Below, one piece after another: positions 1-7,940 of a stretch of 38,135 nt of DNA (position 1 is the first letter of the stretch; every line of letters begins with the position of its first letter). The notes under the pieces were generated by a model, which saw only the letters and a program-made list of their open reading frames with translations, was not told the origin of the DNA and searched no databases. Source of the stretch: Chthonomonadaceae bacterium (lineage in GTDB: Bacteria > Armatimonadota > Chthonomonadetes > Chthonomonadales > Chthonomonadaceae); NCBI GenBank assembly GCA_043757795.1, contig JAYVOT010001068.1, positions 1-38,135 of the forward strand. The letters run 5' to 3'. Position numbers and translations under genes: made by a program.

Positions 1-314
1 ACCGTCCGTGGTTTAGTTTGGCTTTTACACCAATATTCTACTTCACAAACGATACAAGTCACTCCATCCCTGATTCAAAAATGGCTAAAGTCCAGTGATA
101 AAGGTATTGTGATATAGGAGGGATTGTCACTTCCTATACAGAAATAACAATAATCAATCATTTCAGCGCCTTTCATTTACTATAGCGGGAATCATTTGAT
201 CTTCAATTCCGTATTTATGAATACTCCTTTACTTTAAGTACAAAAAAACGCCGAAAATCACTTGCGATTAATAGTCTTGGTTCACACTCCAAGCAAGGGA
301 CACCGCATACTCCG

Positions 315-1031
315 ATGCACTATAAGAAAGCTCCTATAACTGAAGCTATCATAGATATACAAGTGGCGTTGCCCGAGTCGACGACACTTGAGCTACTTGA
401 AGATTTCCAAAAGAAAATACCAGAGTTTAGTGAAAAACAAAATGTAACCCTTAATAAAATTTTAATGCAACAGGACAATTCGCCAAATGTGGAGCAAATT
501 CACACTGGTTATCAGTTTATCAAGGAGGATAAAAAGAGGATTGTGCAGGTCGCTCAACACGGTTTTGCTTACTTGTGGCTAGCTCCCTATGAAAATTGGG
601 AAGCGTTTTCGACAGAGGCAAAATCCAAGTGGGATATTTATAGGAATCATTTTAATCCAGGTGGCGTCAACCGAATCGCTCTGAGATACATCAATAGAAT
701 CGACATTCCTGAAAACAAGATAGATCTGAAGGAATATCTGCATACCGCGCCTGAAATTGCAAAAGGTTTGCCTCAACTCCTAGTCGGTTACTTCATGCAA
801 CTGACGTTGCCTATGGAAGAATTCCAGAGCATGGCAACAATCAAGCAAACGATAGTTCCTCCTCCTATCCCTCATGTGACATCGATTTTATTGGACATTG
901 AAACGTACAGAGACGTCGATGCGCCTCAGTCATCGCAAGAAATATGGGAAGCCTTCGAACAGTTGAGGGCAGCCAAAAATAAAGTATTCGAACACACGCT
1001 TACAGAAAAGACAAAGGAGTTTATCAAATGA
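315..1031 (+). CDS. TIGR04255-like uncharacterised protein (238 aa)
   Basis: Long ORF. The N-terminal K-APITEAIIDIQV pattern and ~240 aa size resemble the uncharacterised TIGR04255 family (recalled from memory, not searched). Its stop overlaps the next start (ATGA at 1028-1031). Confidence 0.7.
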   Translation: MHYKKAPITEAIIDIQVALPESTTLELLEDFQKKIPEFSEKQNVTLNKILMQQDNSPNVEQIHTGYQFIKEDKKRIVQVAQHGFAYLWLAPYENWEAFSTEAKSKWDIYRNHFNPGGVNRIALRYINRIDIPENKIDLKEYLHTAPEIAKGLPQLLVGYFMQLTLPMEEFQSMATIKQTIVPPPIPHVTSILLDIETYRDVDAPQSSQEIWEAFEQLRAAKNKVFEHTLTEKTKEFIK

Positions 1032-1600
1032 GTTTTCTTTGCCTCGGATATCGTCCACCTCAATCAAAAACTATTCCTGCTGCTAAAAGTGATGCTCATG
1101 TCAATAGCATTTTTAGCTCGCTCGATTCAGAATATCCAGGCTACATCGGCAGTCGACTTCCAGCTATCGATGAGAGCGAATTCATCCTGTTCTATACTCA
1201 AGCGACATCTCTGAAAAATCCTCCAAGTTCTGTTTTGTGGTTGCGGAAAGCCGGAGAGCGATTGTCTCAAATTTCACAGTTGAAAGAGGATTGGAATGAC
1301 GAAGGGGCGCTTCCGGTCTCTAAAAATGTGATCATGTTAGTATTCGATTTCATTACCGAGGTCGCTCAACGCGCTACAGGTGTCGAAGAGCTATTCACAC
1401 CCTCTATTTTTCCGACCATCGAGGGTGGAATCGAGCTTTATTGGAAAACTCTAGAACAACAAAGATCGCTCACGTTTTGTGATGGGACTGAAGCAGTGGA
1501 AGAGATGAAGCAACTCTTTGACGCCCATGCCGAGTTTCGGTTGACACCTCTGGAAGAAGCAGAAAAAATCGCTTTAGAGATGCTTCAATCACCCAGATAA
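1028..1600 (+). CDS. Hypothetical protein (190 aa), translationally coupled to upstream gene
   Basis: ATGA start/stop overlap with 315..1031. No family recognised. Confidence 0.65.
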   Translation: MSFLCLGYRPPQSKTIPAAKSDAHVNSIFSSLDSEYPGYIGSRLPAIDESEFILFYTQATSLKNPPSSVLWLRKAGERLSQISQLKEDWNDEGALPVSKNVIMLVFDFITEVAQRATGVEELFTPSIFPTIEGGIELYWKTLEQQRSLTFCDGTEAVEEMKQLFDAHAEFRLTPLEEAEKIALEMLQSPR

Positions 1601-1618
1601 AAGGGATCAGGCAACATA

Positions 1619-2098
1619 GTGTCTCAACCAGGCGAAGGATCGAAAGGATATGTATATCGCAGAGTTGCTTCAGAACACATTGACAAGCATACAGAAAATG
1701 TATCTCCTCAGGCATTTAGAGTAAGAGAAAACGAACAAGGACTATCGGTTTTTCGCGCGGATATAGCATCGCCTTACGATGTCATCAATCAACGCTTTCA
1801 GACTGCGGTCGAACTCTCTCAAGACGAAGGGTCAAAGAGGCGGCTCAAAGAGGCAGACTTTCTTAGAAATAATCCTGATGTCGAATCGATAATAAAGAAT
1901 CGAACTTTTTTAGTTGTTGCAATACCAATCGAAGAAATTGAGAAGATGGGGTTTCAATTTGGAGTTCTCGACGAAAATGGGCATCTGAATGTCGAAGGTT
2001 CTGTTTCGGAATTTAAGATGAATGCCCCACTACTGGCAAAACATTCGAGATTGTTGTCAGTAGAGGAATGTCTACGCAAGGAATTGATTTCATTTTAG
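1619..2098 (+). CDS. Hypothetical protein (159 aa)
   Basis: GTG start 18 nt after the upstream stop, same strand, with AAAGGGA upstream. No family recognised. Confidence 0.6.
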   Translation: MSQPGEGSKGYVYRRVASEHIDKHTENVSPQAFRVRENEQGLSVFRADIASPYDVINQRFQTAVELSQDEGSKRRLKEADFLRNNPDVESIIKNRTFLVVAIPIEEIEKMGFQFGVLDENGHLNVEGSVSEFKMNAPLLAKHSRLLSVEECLRKELISF

Positions 2099-2292
2099 CC
2101 GAACGCTTAGAGGAGCATCGATAGAGTTTTTTACATGAGAATTTGGCTGGTTCCGGTCAGGGGACGAAGCTGTCTTCTCGCAAATTGTCGCCTAGCTTTT
2201 GTCTCCTCGAAGGGCAAGGAAGATGGTGGAAACAGTCACGGCGAGGAAAAAGGCAGGCAAGTCCGAGATTTTCCAAATAAGGAAGTAGTAAT

Positions 2293-2324
2293 CCCCCCAA
2301 AGCATTTTAGCTTTCGGGGGGGGG
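2293..2324. terminator. Strong C6/G9 stem-loop (CCCCCCAAAGC-atttta-GCTTT(C)GGGGGG) in a long non-coding gap
   Basis: Read directly from the sequence. It lies ~200 nt downstream of the 315..2098 operon. There is no clear U-tract, so a terminator role is uncertain. Confidence 0.3.
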
Positions 2325-2590
2325 TGTTTAGGCGCGTCAACAGGGTAAGTGTAGAAAATCCTACCCGCGAAAACTACCGGGTGCGTCAGGTATATAAGCG
2401 CCTTTTGTATCCACAGGCTGGGTCGTTGCAGTCAATTTTAATCACTCGATATTTTCCTTTCGAATATTCAGGTTGCAGATAGAAACCTATCGTATGCAAG
2501 CCGAAAAAACAAAACATGTTTTCAAACCGACTTCGTTTACAGGTAAAGTTTACTTGTGACAATTCAATGACCTCTTTTGGGAGATGAGCT

Positions 2591-3577
2591 ATGGCGCGAT
2601 TTACCCGCATTCTCTTATTGTTTGCCATCTTGACATATTATGCAGTCGCCCCGCGCACGGTCGCGGCGCAAAACGAACGCAGCTTCGTATCGGTCCCGAA
2701 CTATTTTCCTGCGAAACCGGACAATCTGCAACTCGGTCCGACGCATGGCGGCGTCGCGGTAGACCGAGCCGGAAATGTCTACATGAGCACGGACACGGAG
2801 CGCGGAATACTTGTCTTCGGAGCGAACGGCAAATATCTGCGATGCTTCGGGCCAACTCAGATACATGGACTTTTTCTGCAACGTGAGAAAGACGGTCTAT
2901 TTCTCTACGCTGCGAGACCCAACTTTCACGAGGTTCTCAAGATCAAAACGGATGGAACGATCGCCTGGAAAATGGGTTACCCTGAAGCCTCCGGCGTCTA
3001 TGCCAAAGCAGACGAATTCAACCCCACGAATATGGTCGCCTTGCCGGACGGTACGATTTTCGTAGCGGACGGATACGGCAAGAATTACATTCACAAGTAT
3101 GATCGCGACCGTAAATACATCAAGTCGTTCGGAGGACCAGGCGGCTCACCGGCTGAGGACGGAAAATTCAACCGATGTCATGGGTTAGCGGTCGATTTGC
3201 GGGGCAAAAAACCGATGCTCATCGTTTGCAATCGGGAAAGCGGGCGAGTTGAGCAGTGGGACACGGATGGAAATTTGGTGAAGGTCTTGCTGAGAGATTT
3301 GAGAATGCCGGCAACTGCGCACGTTTCCGGAGACTATGTCGCTGTAGGCGAACTGAAGGGGCGCGTCACTATTCTGGGCAAGGACAATCGCATCGTGGCG
3401 CAAGTCGGCGACAATCCTAATGAATCTCAGCGCGCCAACTACGGCTTGGATCCCTCTCAATGGACTGAAGGCATTTGCAATTCCGTTCACGGCGTCTCTT
3501 TCGACCGAGCGGGCAATCTGGTCGTCGCGGAGTGGAGTCAGTTCGGGAGGATCCTCAAGTTCGCCGTCAAGAAGTGA
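2591..3577 (+). CDS. Secreted NHL-repeat / six-bladed beta-propeller protein (PAL-like)
   Basis: GGGAGA RBS 7 nt upstream. Signal peptide MARFTRILLLFAILTYYAVAPRTVAAQ. Repeated NHL-like blades (GVAVDRAGNVYM, LPDGTIFVADGYG, HGLAVD, HGVSFDRAGNLVVAEW). Confidence 0.8.
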   Translation: MARFTRILLLFAILTYYAVAPRTVAAQNERSFVSVPNYFPAKPDNLQLGPTHGGVAVDRAGNVYMSTDTERGILVFGANGKYLRCFGPTQIHGLFLQREKDGLFLYAARPNFHEVLKIKTDGTIAWKMGYPEASGVYAKADEFNPTNMVALPDGTIFVADGYGKNYIHKYDRDRKYIKSFGGPGGSPAEDGKFNRCHGLAVDLRGKKPMLIVCNRESGRVEQWDTDGNLVKVLLRDLRMPATAHVSGDYVAVGELKGRVTILGKDNRIVAQVGDNPNESQRANYGLDPSQWTEGICNSVHGVSFDRAGNLVVAEWSQFGRILKFAVKK

Positions 3578-3588
3578 CGGCTAGTGTA

Positions 3589-3691
3589 AACGATGACGCC
3601 CATGATGAGAGGGATAGCACGAATATAAGTCGAGATCGCCGCTCCCAACTCGAATTATCATGTCAATCCTTCAATCATGGACGTCATCGTT
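3589..3691. terminator. Long hairpin (18-nt arms, 17/18 complementary, 67-nt loop) between the NHL gene and the secA-3' remnant
   Basis: aacgatgacgcccatgat (3589-3606) pairs with atcatggacgtcatcgtt (3674-3691). It may be the ancestral bidirectional terminator. Confidence 0.35.
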
Positions 3692-3698
3692 CAGACAA

Positions 3699-3762
3699 CC
3701 AACTCAGCTACTTCCCGTGACATTGCTAATAATTCTTGCCGCTTCCGCACCAGTAGACGTCG
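3699..3762 (-). pseudogene. Degenerate copy of the secA 3' end (SEC-C motif fragment with an in-frame stop)
   Basis: The minus strand reads D V Y W C G S G K N Y * Q C H G K *, against the secA C-terminus CWCGSGKKYKQCHGK*. My ungapped hand alignment to 7932..7995 gives 56/64 identical, including bases beyond the stop codon. Confidence 0.75.
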
Positions 3763-3782
3763 ATGCAAAAATGAACAGTCGT

Positions 3783-4382
3783 TTATGATCTTGCGAACAG
3801 CAGTAAGCGTTTTACATCCCCTTGATCCGCCTCCTGCAAAGCCTTTATGTACTCCCGCCTCGTTTCGCTGCTCTCCGCTATCGAGCCTGAACCCCAGGAG
3901 AATCGCTTCTGTCCATTACGCTGTAAAAGAAGTTCGGCGGCAAGACGAGCATGGCGACCATTGCCATTTGGAAAGGGATGAATTACAACCAACTCATGGT
4001 GAAAACGAACCGCCAAGTCGTCCCAGGCGCTATCCATGTTTTTAATTTGATACAGAGTATTGCCGCAAAGCTGTTCCAGACGCATGGGTATCTGCTCGAA
4101 TGAGACGCCGATGTTCGTTTGCGCGCGACGAAACTGACCCGCCCAACGCCATGTGAATGAGAACATTTTTTGGTGGAGTTTGCGAAGCGAAACAACCTGC
4201 AGAATGTCTTTGTCCGCGCCCTTTGCCCGCTTCGCCCATTGCATCGCTTGAAAAATGTTTCGCGCCTCAAAATCGTTCAGTTCCGCCTGAAGCGTCAGGT
4301 TGGGGATGAGTCCTGCAATCGAATCCAGGTCTAATGGAGTGGCTCCATCCGGGGAATCGAAGTTCACTTGCCGACCTCCCAA
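3783..4382 (-). CDS. Fic/DOC family protein ('mobile mystery protein B' type)
   Basis: Fic motif HPFPNGNGRHARL. Size and pairing with an upstream HTH gene fit this type. The track start is TTG at 4382; GTG at 4367 (GTGA overlap with the upstream stop) is an alternative start. Confidence 0.9.
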   Translation of the reverse strand: MGGRQVNFDSPDGATPLDLDSIAGLIPNLTLQAELNDFEARNIFQAMQWAKRAKGADKDILQVVSLRKLHQKMFSFTWRWAGQFRRAQTNIGVSFEQIPMRLEQLCGNTLYQIKNMDSAWDDLAVRFHHELVVIHPFPNGNGRHARLAAELLLQRNGQKRFSWGSGSIAESSETRREYIKALQEADQGDVKRLLLFARS

Positions 4383-4840
4383 ATCTCGCGACTCAGCGTT
4401 CGAATCATCTCCTGAGCCAATTCGCGACGCTCACTCTCCACCTCATCCGGCAATCGACCCTGCGCTTCCAACCGCATGGAATGTTCGACGCGCTGAAGTT
4501 GTTCCTCCGCACGAATTTCCGCCTGTCGCATCAAAGTCGCTTCCAGAGAGTCGTTCGGGACGAGCGCGTAAACGAGCGTGCATTCCATCGCCTCTGCCAA
4601 CTTACGTAGGCTTTTGAGGGCGATGGTTTCCATCTCTTCAGAACGTTCCAATTTCGCGATCGTCGGTTGCGAGACTCCGACTCGTTGAGCCAACTGCAGG
4701 GAAGTCATCCCAAGAGCGTCGCGAATCTCTCTAACCCAGCCTTTGCGGGGTCGAGGTGTGCGTACGAACGGCTGAAGCGTTTTCAGCTGTTTGTCCAGTT
4801 GTCGTCTGCGTAAAGGATTTGCGGATAGATTTGATCTCAT
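4364..4840 (-). CDS. XRE-type HTH protein ('mobile mystery protein A' type)
   Basis: HTH segment GMTSLQLAQRVGVSQPTIAKLERSE. I chose ATG 4840 (MRSNLSANPL...) over the track start at 4906, which lies inside the promoter palindrome. Confidence 0.85.
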   Translation of the reverse strand: MRSNLSANPLRRRQLDKQLKTLQPFVRTPRPRKGWVREIRDALGMTSLQLAQRVGVSQPTIAKLERSEEMETIALKSLRKLAEAMECTLVYALVPNDSLEATLMRQAEIRAEEQLQRVEHSMRLEAQGRLPDEVESERRELAQEMIRTLSREIWEVGK

Positions 4841-4851
4841 AATATAGCCTT

Positions 4852-4884
4852 TAGGGTATTGAAATATAATAATATTATACCCTA
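4852..4884 (-). promoter_or_regulatory. Promoter/operator of the HTH-Fic operon: 8-bp inverted repeat TAGGGTAT-N17-ATACCCTA overlapping a TATAAT -10 box
   Basis: On the minus strand this reads ccttgTAGGGTATAATattattatatttcaATACCCTAaagg, 12 nt upstream of ATG 4840. TATAAT is at 4874..4879. Confidence 0.55.
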
Positions 4885-5378
4885 CAAGGTATAATTTCGT
4901 GTACATATTTCCTTAAACAGAGACTCCCAAGATTAAAGGACTTGCACAATCATAAGTCGGGAATATCGCTCCTTATTGGGATCGTCAAGTCAATCTCTTA
5001 ATTATGAGCGTTATGGTTTAAACTGTATGTAACTATTGAGACTACGTGCGTATTTACGCCAGTGTTCTCACGCATTGCCCCTAGTTGTCACAATTGCAAG
5101 TGAAATCATATTAAATATTAACTTTTCAAAAAATAGTTGCCAATAAGGCAAAAATAGTTAAAACGACCCTAGTATTTTCTTGCGAAGCAGAGTAGTCTAT
5201 CTTTATTAGCGGATACGTCGACTTGAACGAGCAACGATTGCAGAAAGCATGGGCAGGCGGGTTTTCAATTTGAATTTCCTCTCACTCTCTCGCTGTTGAA
5301 CTAACATGGATCAGCAAGCGACACCAGCAACACAACTTATTCAGTTCAATATTGAACTCATTTCAAAGGAGAATTTGC

Positions 5379-5926
5379 ATGAAACACATTACCGCGCTCC
5401 TCACTATCGGAATCTTAGCAGTATTTGCCTCTTCGTCAGCGACAGCGCAACTCACATCCTCTTGTACAGCCGCCCTGACGCCGGACAAGCCAATAAATAC
5501 CAGTATGTTCTATCGATAGTCCCCTATCAGTTCCCAATACAATACATACCGTTTCCAGTACCCATAGAAGGAACCTTTACTGCCAGGTTCAACAATGCAC
5601 CGCTATCTCCTGCAGTCACCTTCTTTCCGGTCGTGTCAGTGAGTTTGAGTTTTGGCGTACAAGGTTTGTCAATAATTACCCCACCGCTGGTTGTCGTAAA
5701 TTCTACTCCCGTCACTCTGACACAAGGCACCTTTGCGGTCGTTCCAAATGGCGCTTTTAGCCCTCTTTTTGCGTCGACCCCTCCAGTGGGTTCAGGTTAC
5801 TTTTTCGCTCAGTGCGGGATAGCAGTATTCGGATCGATTTCAAATACCAATCTTGTGCCGATTCTTGGAGCATCAAGCTCAAAAACCGACGGTCATTCCG
5901 TATGGATGATCGGAGGATTGCCTTAA
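5379..5926 (+). pseudogene. Secreted protein of unknown function, apparently frameshifted
   Basis: AAGGAG RBS 7 nt before ATG 5379. A clear signal peptide MKHITALLTIGILAVFASSSATAQ is followed by a stop at 5517-5519. A long open frame (-1 relative; the track ORF 5306..5926) continues to 5926 without an RBS or signal peptide of its own. Confidence 0.5.
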
Positions 5927-6092
5927 ATGATTGAGCCTCAAAGTATTTTTGCCTGAGGGTGAGATTCGCTGAAATGACTGTCGAAAAGTCGCAGTACATT
6001 ATCCAAATAAGTTTCTTGAATGCAAGTAAACTTAAATTCCGAGGTTGCGCGTTTGATGAAAGACGTGCAACCTCATCTTCCAAAAAGGACAC

Positions 6093-7814
6093 ATGGAGAT
6101 GTCATTGAAGTTAGCCAGGACTATTATTCTATGTATGTTGTTTTGCTCCATCATCACATTTTGTTCGGCTCAAAACAAGTTTGAGGAGTGGATCGCCTCA
6201 GACATGCAGTTGAAGAAAACCGTCACGCTTCAAGAATCCAAAATCACAATTGGAGAGGCTCTAGAATCATTCTCTAAACAAACAGGCGTGAAAATATTGA
6301 TGGACGCCAATAAGGAGGAATCAGGAGTAATACTCTTCGTTCAATTAAAGAACGCTCCACTCTCGAACTGCCTGGAAGCAATAAGTTCTCTTCTTAGCCT
6401 ACCTGGGTCAAAGTGGCAGTGGGGCAGAAACGGAGATAAAAATCTGTGGACTTATAAACTGTACCCGGCAAATCTTTCTGATCTTAATACTGCGTTAATG
6501 TTTCAGGCGCGAATGGTCTTCAAAGACTACATCAACTTTCTTCGAGGCTATGTCGCGCTTTCCCCCGAAGAACAGGACAAACAAAAGAGCCTCTACTCGA
6601 AAGCAATGTTGCAGAAAAGCGATGAAATTGCAAATTCCTATCTCGACGCCAGAAAAACGGGCTTGATCAGTAGAATGAAAGTGATGCTCGAATTGCTTGA
6701 CGACCAGGGAATTGACGCAGTATTGGACGGAGGAGCAGTTACCCTTCCGCTCGCAAAACTCTCTGAAACCCAAAAAGCGTCGATGTTGCAATTCTACGAT
6801 CAATATCATCTAGAGTTCACGCAAAATGGAGTTCCAGTGTTGCCGCCCTCGCCTGAGCCAACAAGTATGACCATTTACTCAATCCGGAGCCGAGGCTCGA
6901 AAAAAGACGTTATGCCCAATATACTGCTTTCGGTTGGAGAATCTGGCGCTTTGACTTGTCTTGGTCCAGGAGTGTCAGGAGGGTTTATCCAGTCTTTAGG
7001 GCGAGCTTGGATTCTTCCGGGCGATTTGCAATCGCATCCGCTAGAAGAGACACTCATACCTGATGCTAAAATCGAGAACAAGACAATTGAAGTGAAAGAG
7101 CATTCGGCGCAAGACGCAAAGCGTCATAATCCGGTTGACGCTGACTACGAAAGACGCTTAACTGAGACTTCAATTTTGACAAAAATTCCAATCATAGCGG
7201 TGCTCAATCAGGAAGTTCGTCAAAGTTATGTAGAACCTGCAAACAAAACAACAGTAAAGAAGTTCCTTGATACAACCGAAGGCAGATCGTCCATAAAAAT
7301 CCACAAATGGCGAAAAGGAATACTTTTGATTTCAACCCCGGATTGGATGATGTCCCAGGACAGCATTATTCCTGTGAATCTCATGAAAAAAATGCAAACC
7401 CTACTCTACAGACCCTCTAAAGAAGGCTTGTTGAAAGAAGTTTGCAGCCAGTTCGTTACTCTCAGCCCGCCGCAGTGGCAGGGATTGGTTGAGAAATTTC
7501 CACAATTCAGCATAGTCTTTAGAAACCGGAGTTTCTTTCGATTCGCCTCGAACTACCCTGATTTATTTCGGAGTACAGGACTCATCCTCAATCAAGATAT
7601 CATCCAGGCGATCCTGTCTTGCTTGCCGGAATCTAATAGGAAGACGCTTGACAACGCGCGTAAAGTCCGTTGGAGAACAGTCAACGCAGGAACGAAAGAA
7701 GAAGATTTCCCTGTCTTTGCCTTTGAAGTTTTGGACAGCAAGGGGGCATGGAAAGAACTCGTTTCATCCGCTTATCTCTCCGTTATGGATGGAAGCGATT
7801 ATTCCCCGCAATAA
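6093..7814 (+). CDS. Secreted protein of unknown function (573 aa)
   Basis: AAGGA RBS. Signal peptide MEMSLKLARTIILCMLFCSIITFCSAQ. No domain confidently recognised; the N-terminal VTLQESKITIGEALESFSKQTGVKILMD is weakly STN-like. Confidence 0.8.
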   Translation: MEMSLKLARTIILCMLFCSIITFCSAQNKFEEWIASDMQLKKTVTLQESKITIGEALESFSKQTGVKILMDANKEESGVILFVQLKNAPLSNCLEAISSLLSLPGSKWQWGRNGDKNLWTYKLYPANLSDLNTALMFQARMVFKDYINFLRGYVALSPEEQDKQKSLYSKAMLQKSDEIANSYLDARKTGLISRMKVMLELLDDQGIDAVLDGGAVTLPLAKLSETQKASMLQFYDQYHLEFTQNGVPVLPPSPEPTSMTIYSIRSRGSKKDVMPNILLSVGESGALTCLGPGVSGGFIQSLGRAWILPGDLQSHPLEETLIPDAKIENKTIEVKEHSAQDAKRHNPVDADYERRLTETSILTKIPIIAVLNQEVRQSYVEPANKTTVKKFLDTTEGRSSIKIHKWRKGILLISTPDWMMSQDSIIPVNLMKKMQTLLYRPSKEGLLKEVCSQFVTLSPPQWQGLVEKFPQFSIVFRNRSFFRFASNYPDLFRSTGLILNQDIIQAILSCLPESNRKTLDNARKVRWRTVNAGTKEEDFPVFAFEVLDSKGAWKELVSSAYLSVMDGSDYSPQ

Positions 7815-7891
7815 ACATTACGAGCCTCCTCATTCCAAGAAGCGCTGGCTCCCAAATAAAGTGATTTCAACCGGAAGAAACCAAACGAAAA

Positions 7892-7920
7892 CGCCCCCCG
7901 CCAAAACTTGGCGGGGGGCG
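7892..7920. terminator. Bidirectional rho-independent terminator between the convergent 573-aa gene and secA
   Basis: CGCCCCCCGCCAA-aac-TTGGCGGGGGGCG stem. It is followed by gttttcgttt on the secA strand. Confidence 0.8.
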
Positions 7921-7940
7921 TCTCTGCAAATCCAACTCAA

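Larger units (their letters stand above)
3763..7931. mobile_element. Putative integrated island remnant between the two copies of the secA 3' end (no integrase seen)
   Basis: Bracketed by the 64-nt direct repeat. Carries the mobile mystery protein A/B pair and AT-richer cargo genes. Confidence 0.35.

Noticed and set aside
3-98. An open frame running in from the window edge and stopping at 96-98 (…FTNDTSHSIPDSKMAKVQ*), possibly the 3' end of a truncated gene.
   Set aside because: Only 31 codons are visible and there is no recognisable motif, so it cannot be supported.
2140-2300. Strings reminiscent of structured RNAs (ggtccggtcagg..., ...ggcaagtccgag...) that briefly suggested SRP RNA or RNase P RNA.
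   Set aside because: The conserved cores (the SRP domain IV GGAA loop context and the RNase P GAGGAAAGUCCGGGC) are not actually present. I could not fold a consistent structure by eye.
2135-2482. A 115-aa ORF in the long intergenic gap, and the overlapping minus-strand ORF 2386..2628.
   Set aside because: There is no RBS, the composition is unlike a protein, and it spans the C6/G9 hairpin. The minus-strand ORF overlaps the NHL gene start.
5306-5378. The track's ATG 5306 start for the 206-aa ORF, and the antisense ORF 5757..6092.
   Set aside because: ATG 5306 has no RBS and its N-terminus is implausible. The RBS and signal peptide at 5379 in the neighbouring frame explain the locus better. 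The antisense ORF has no support.
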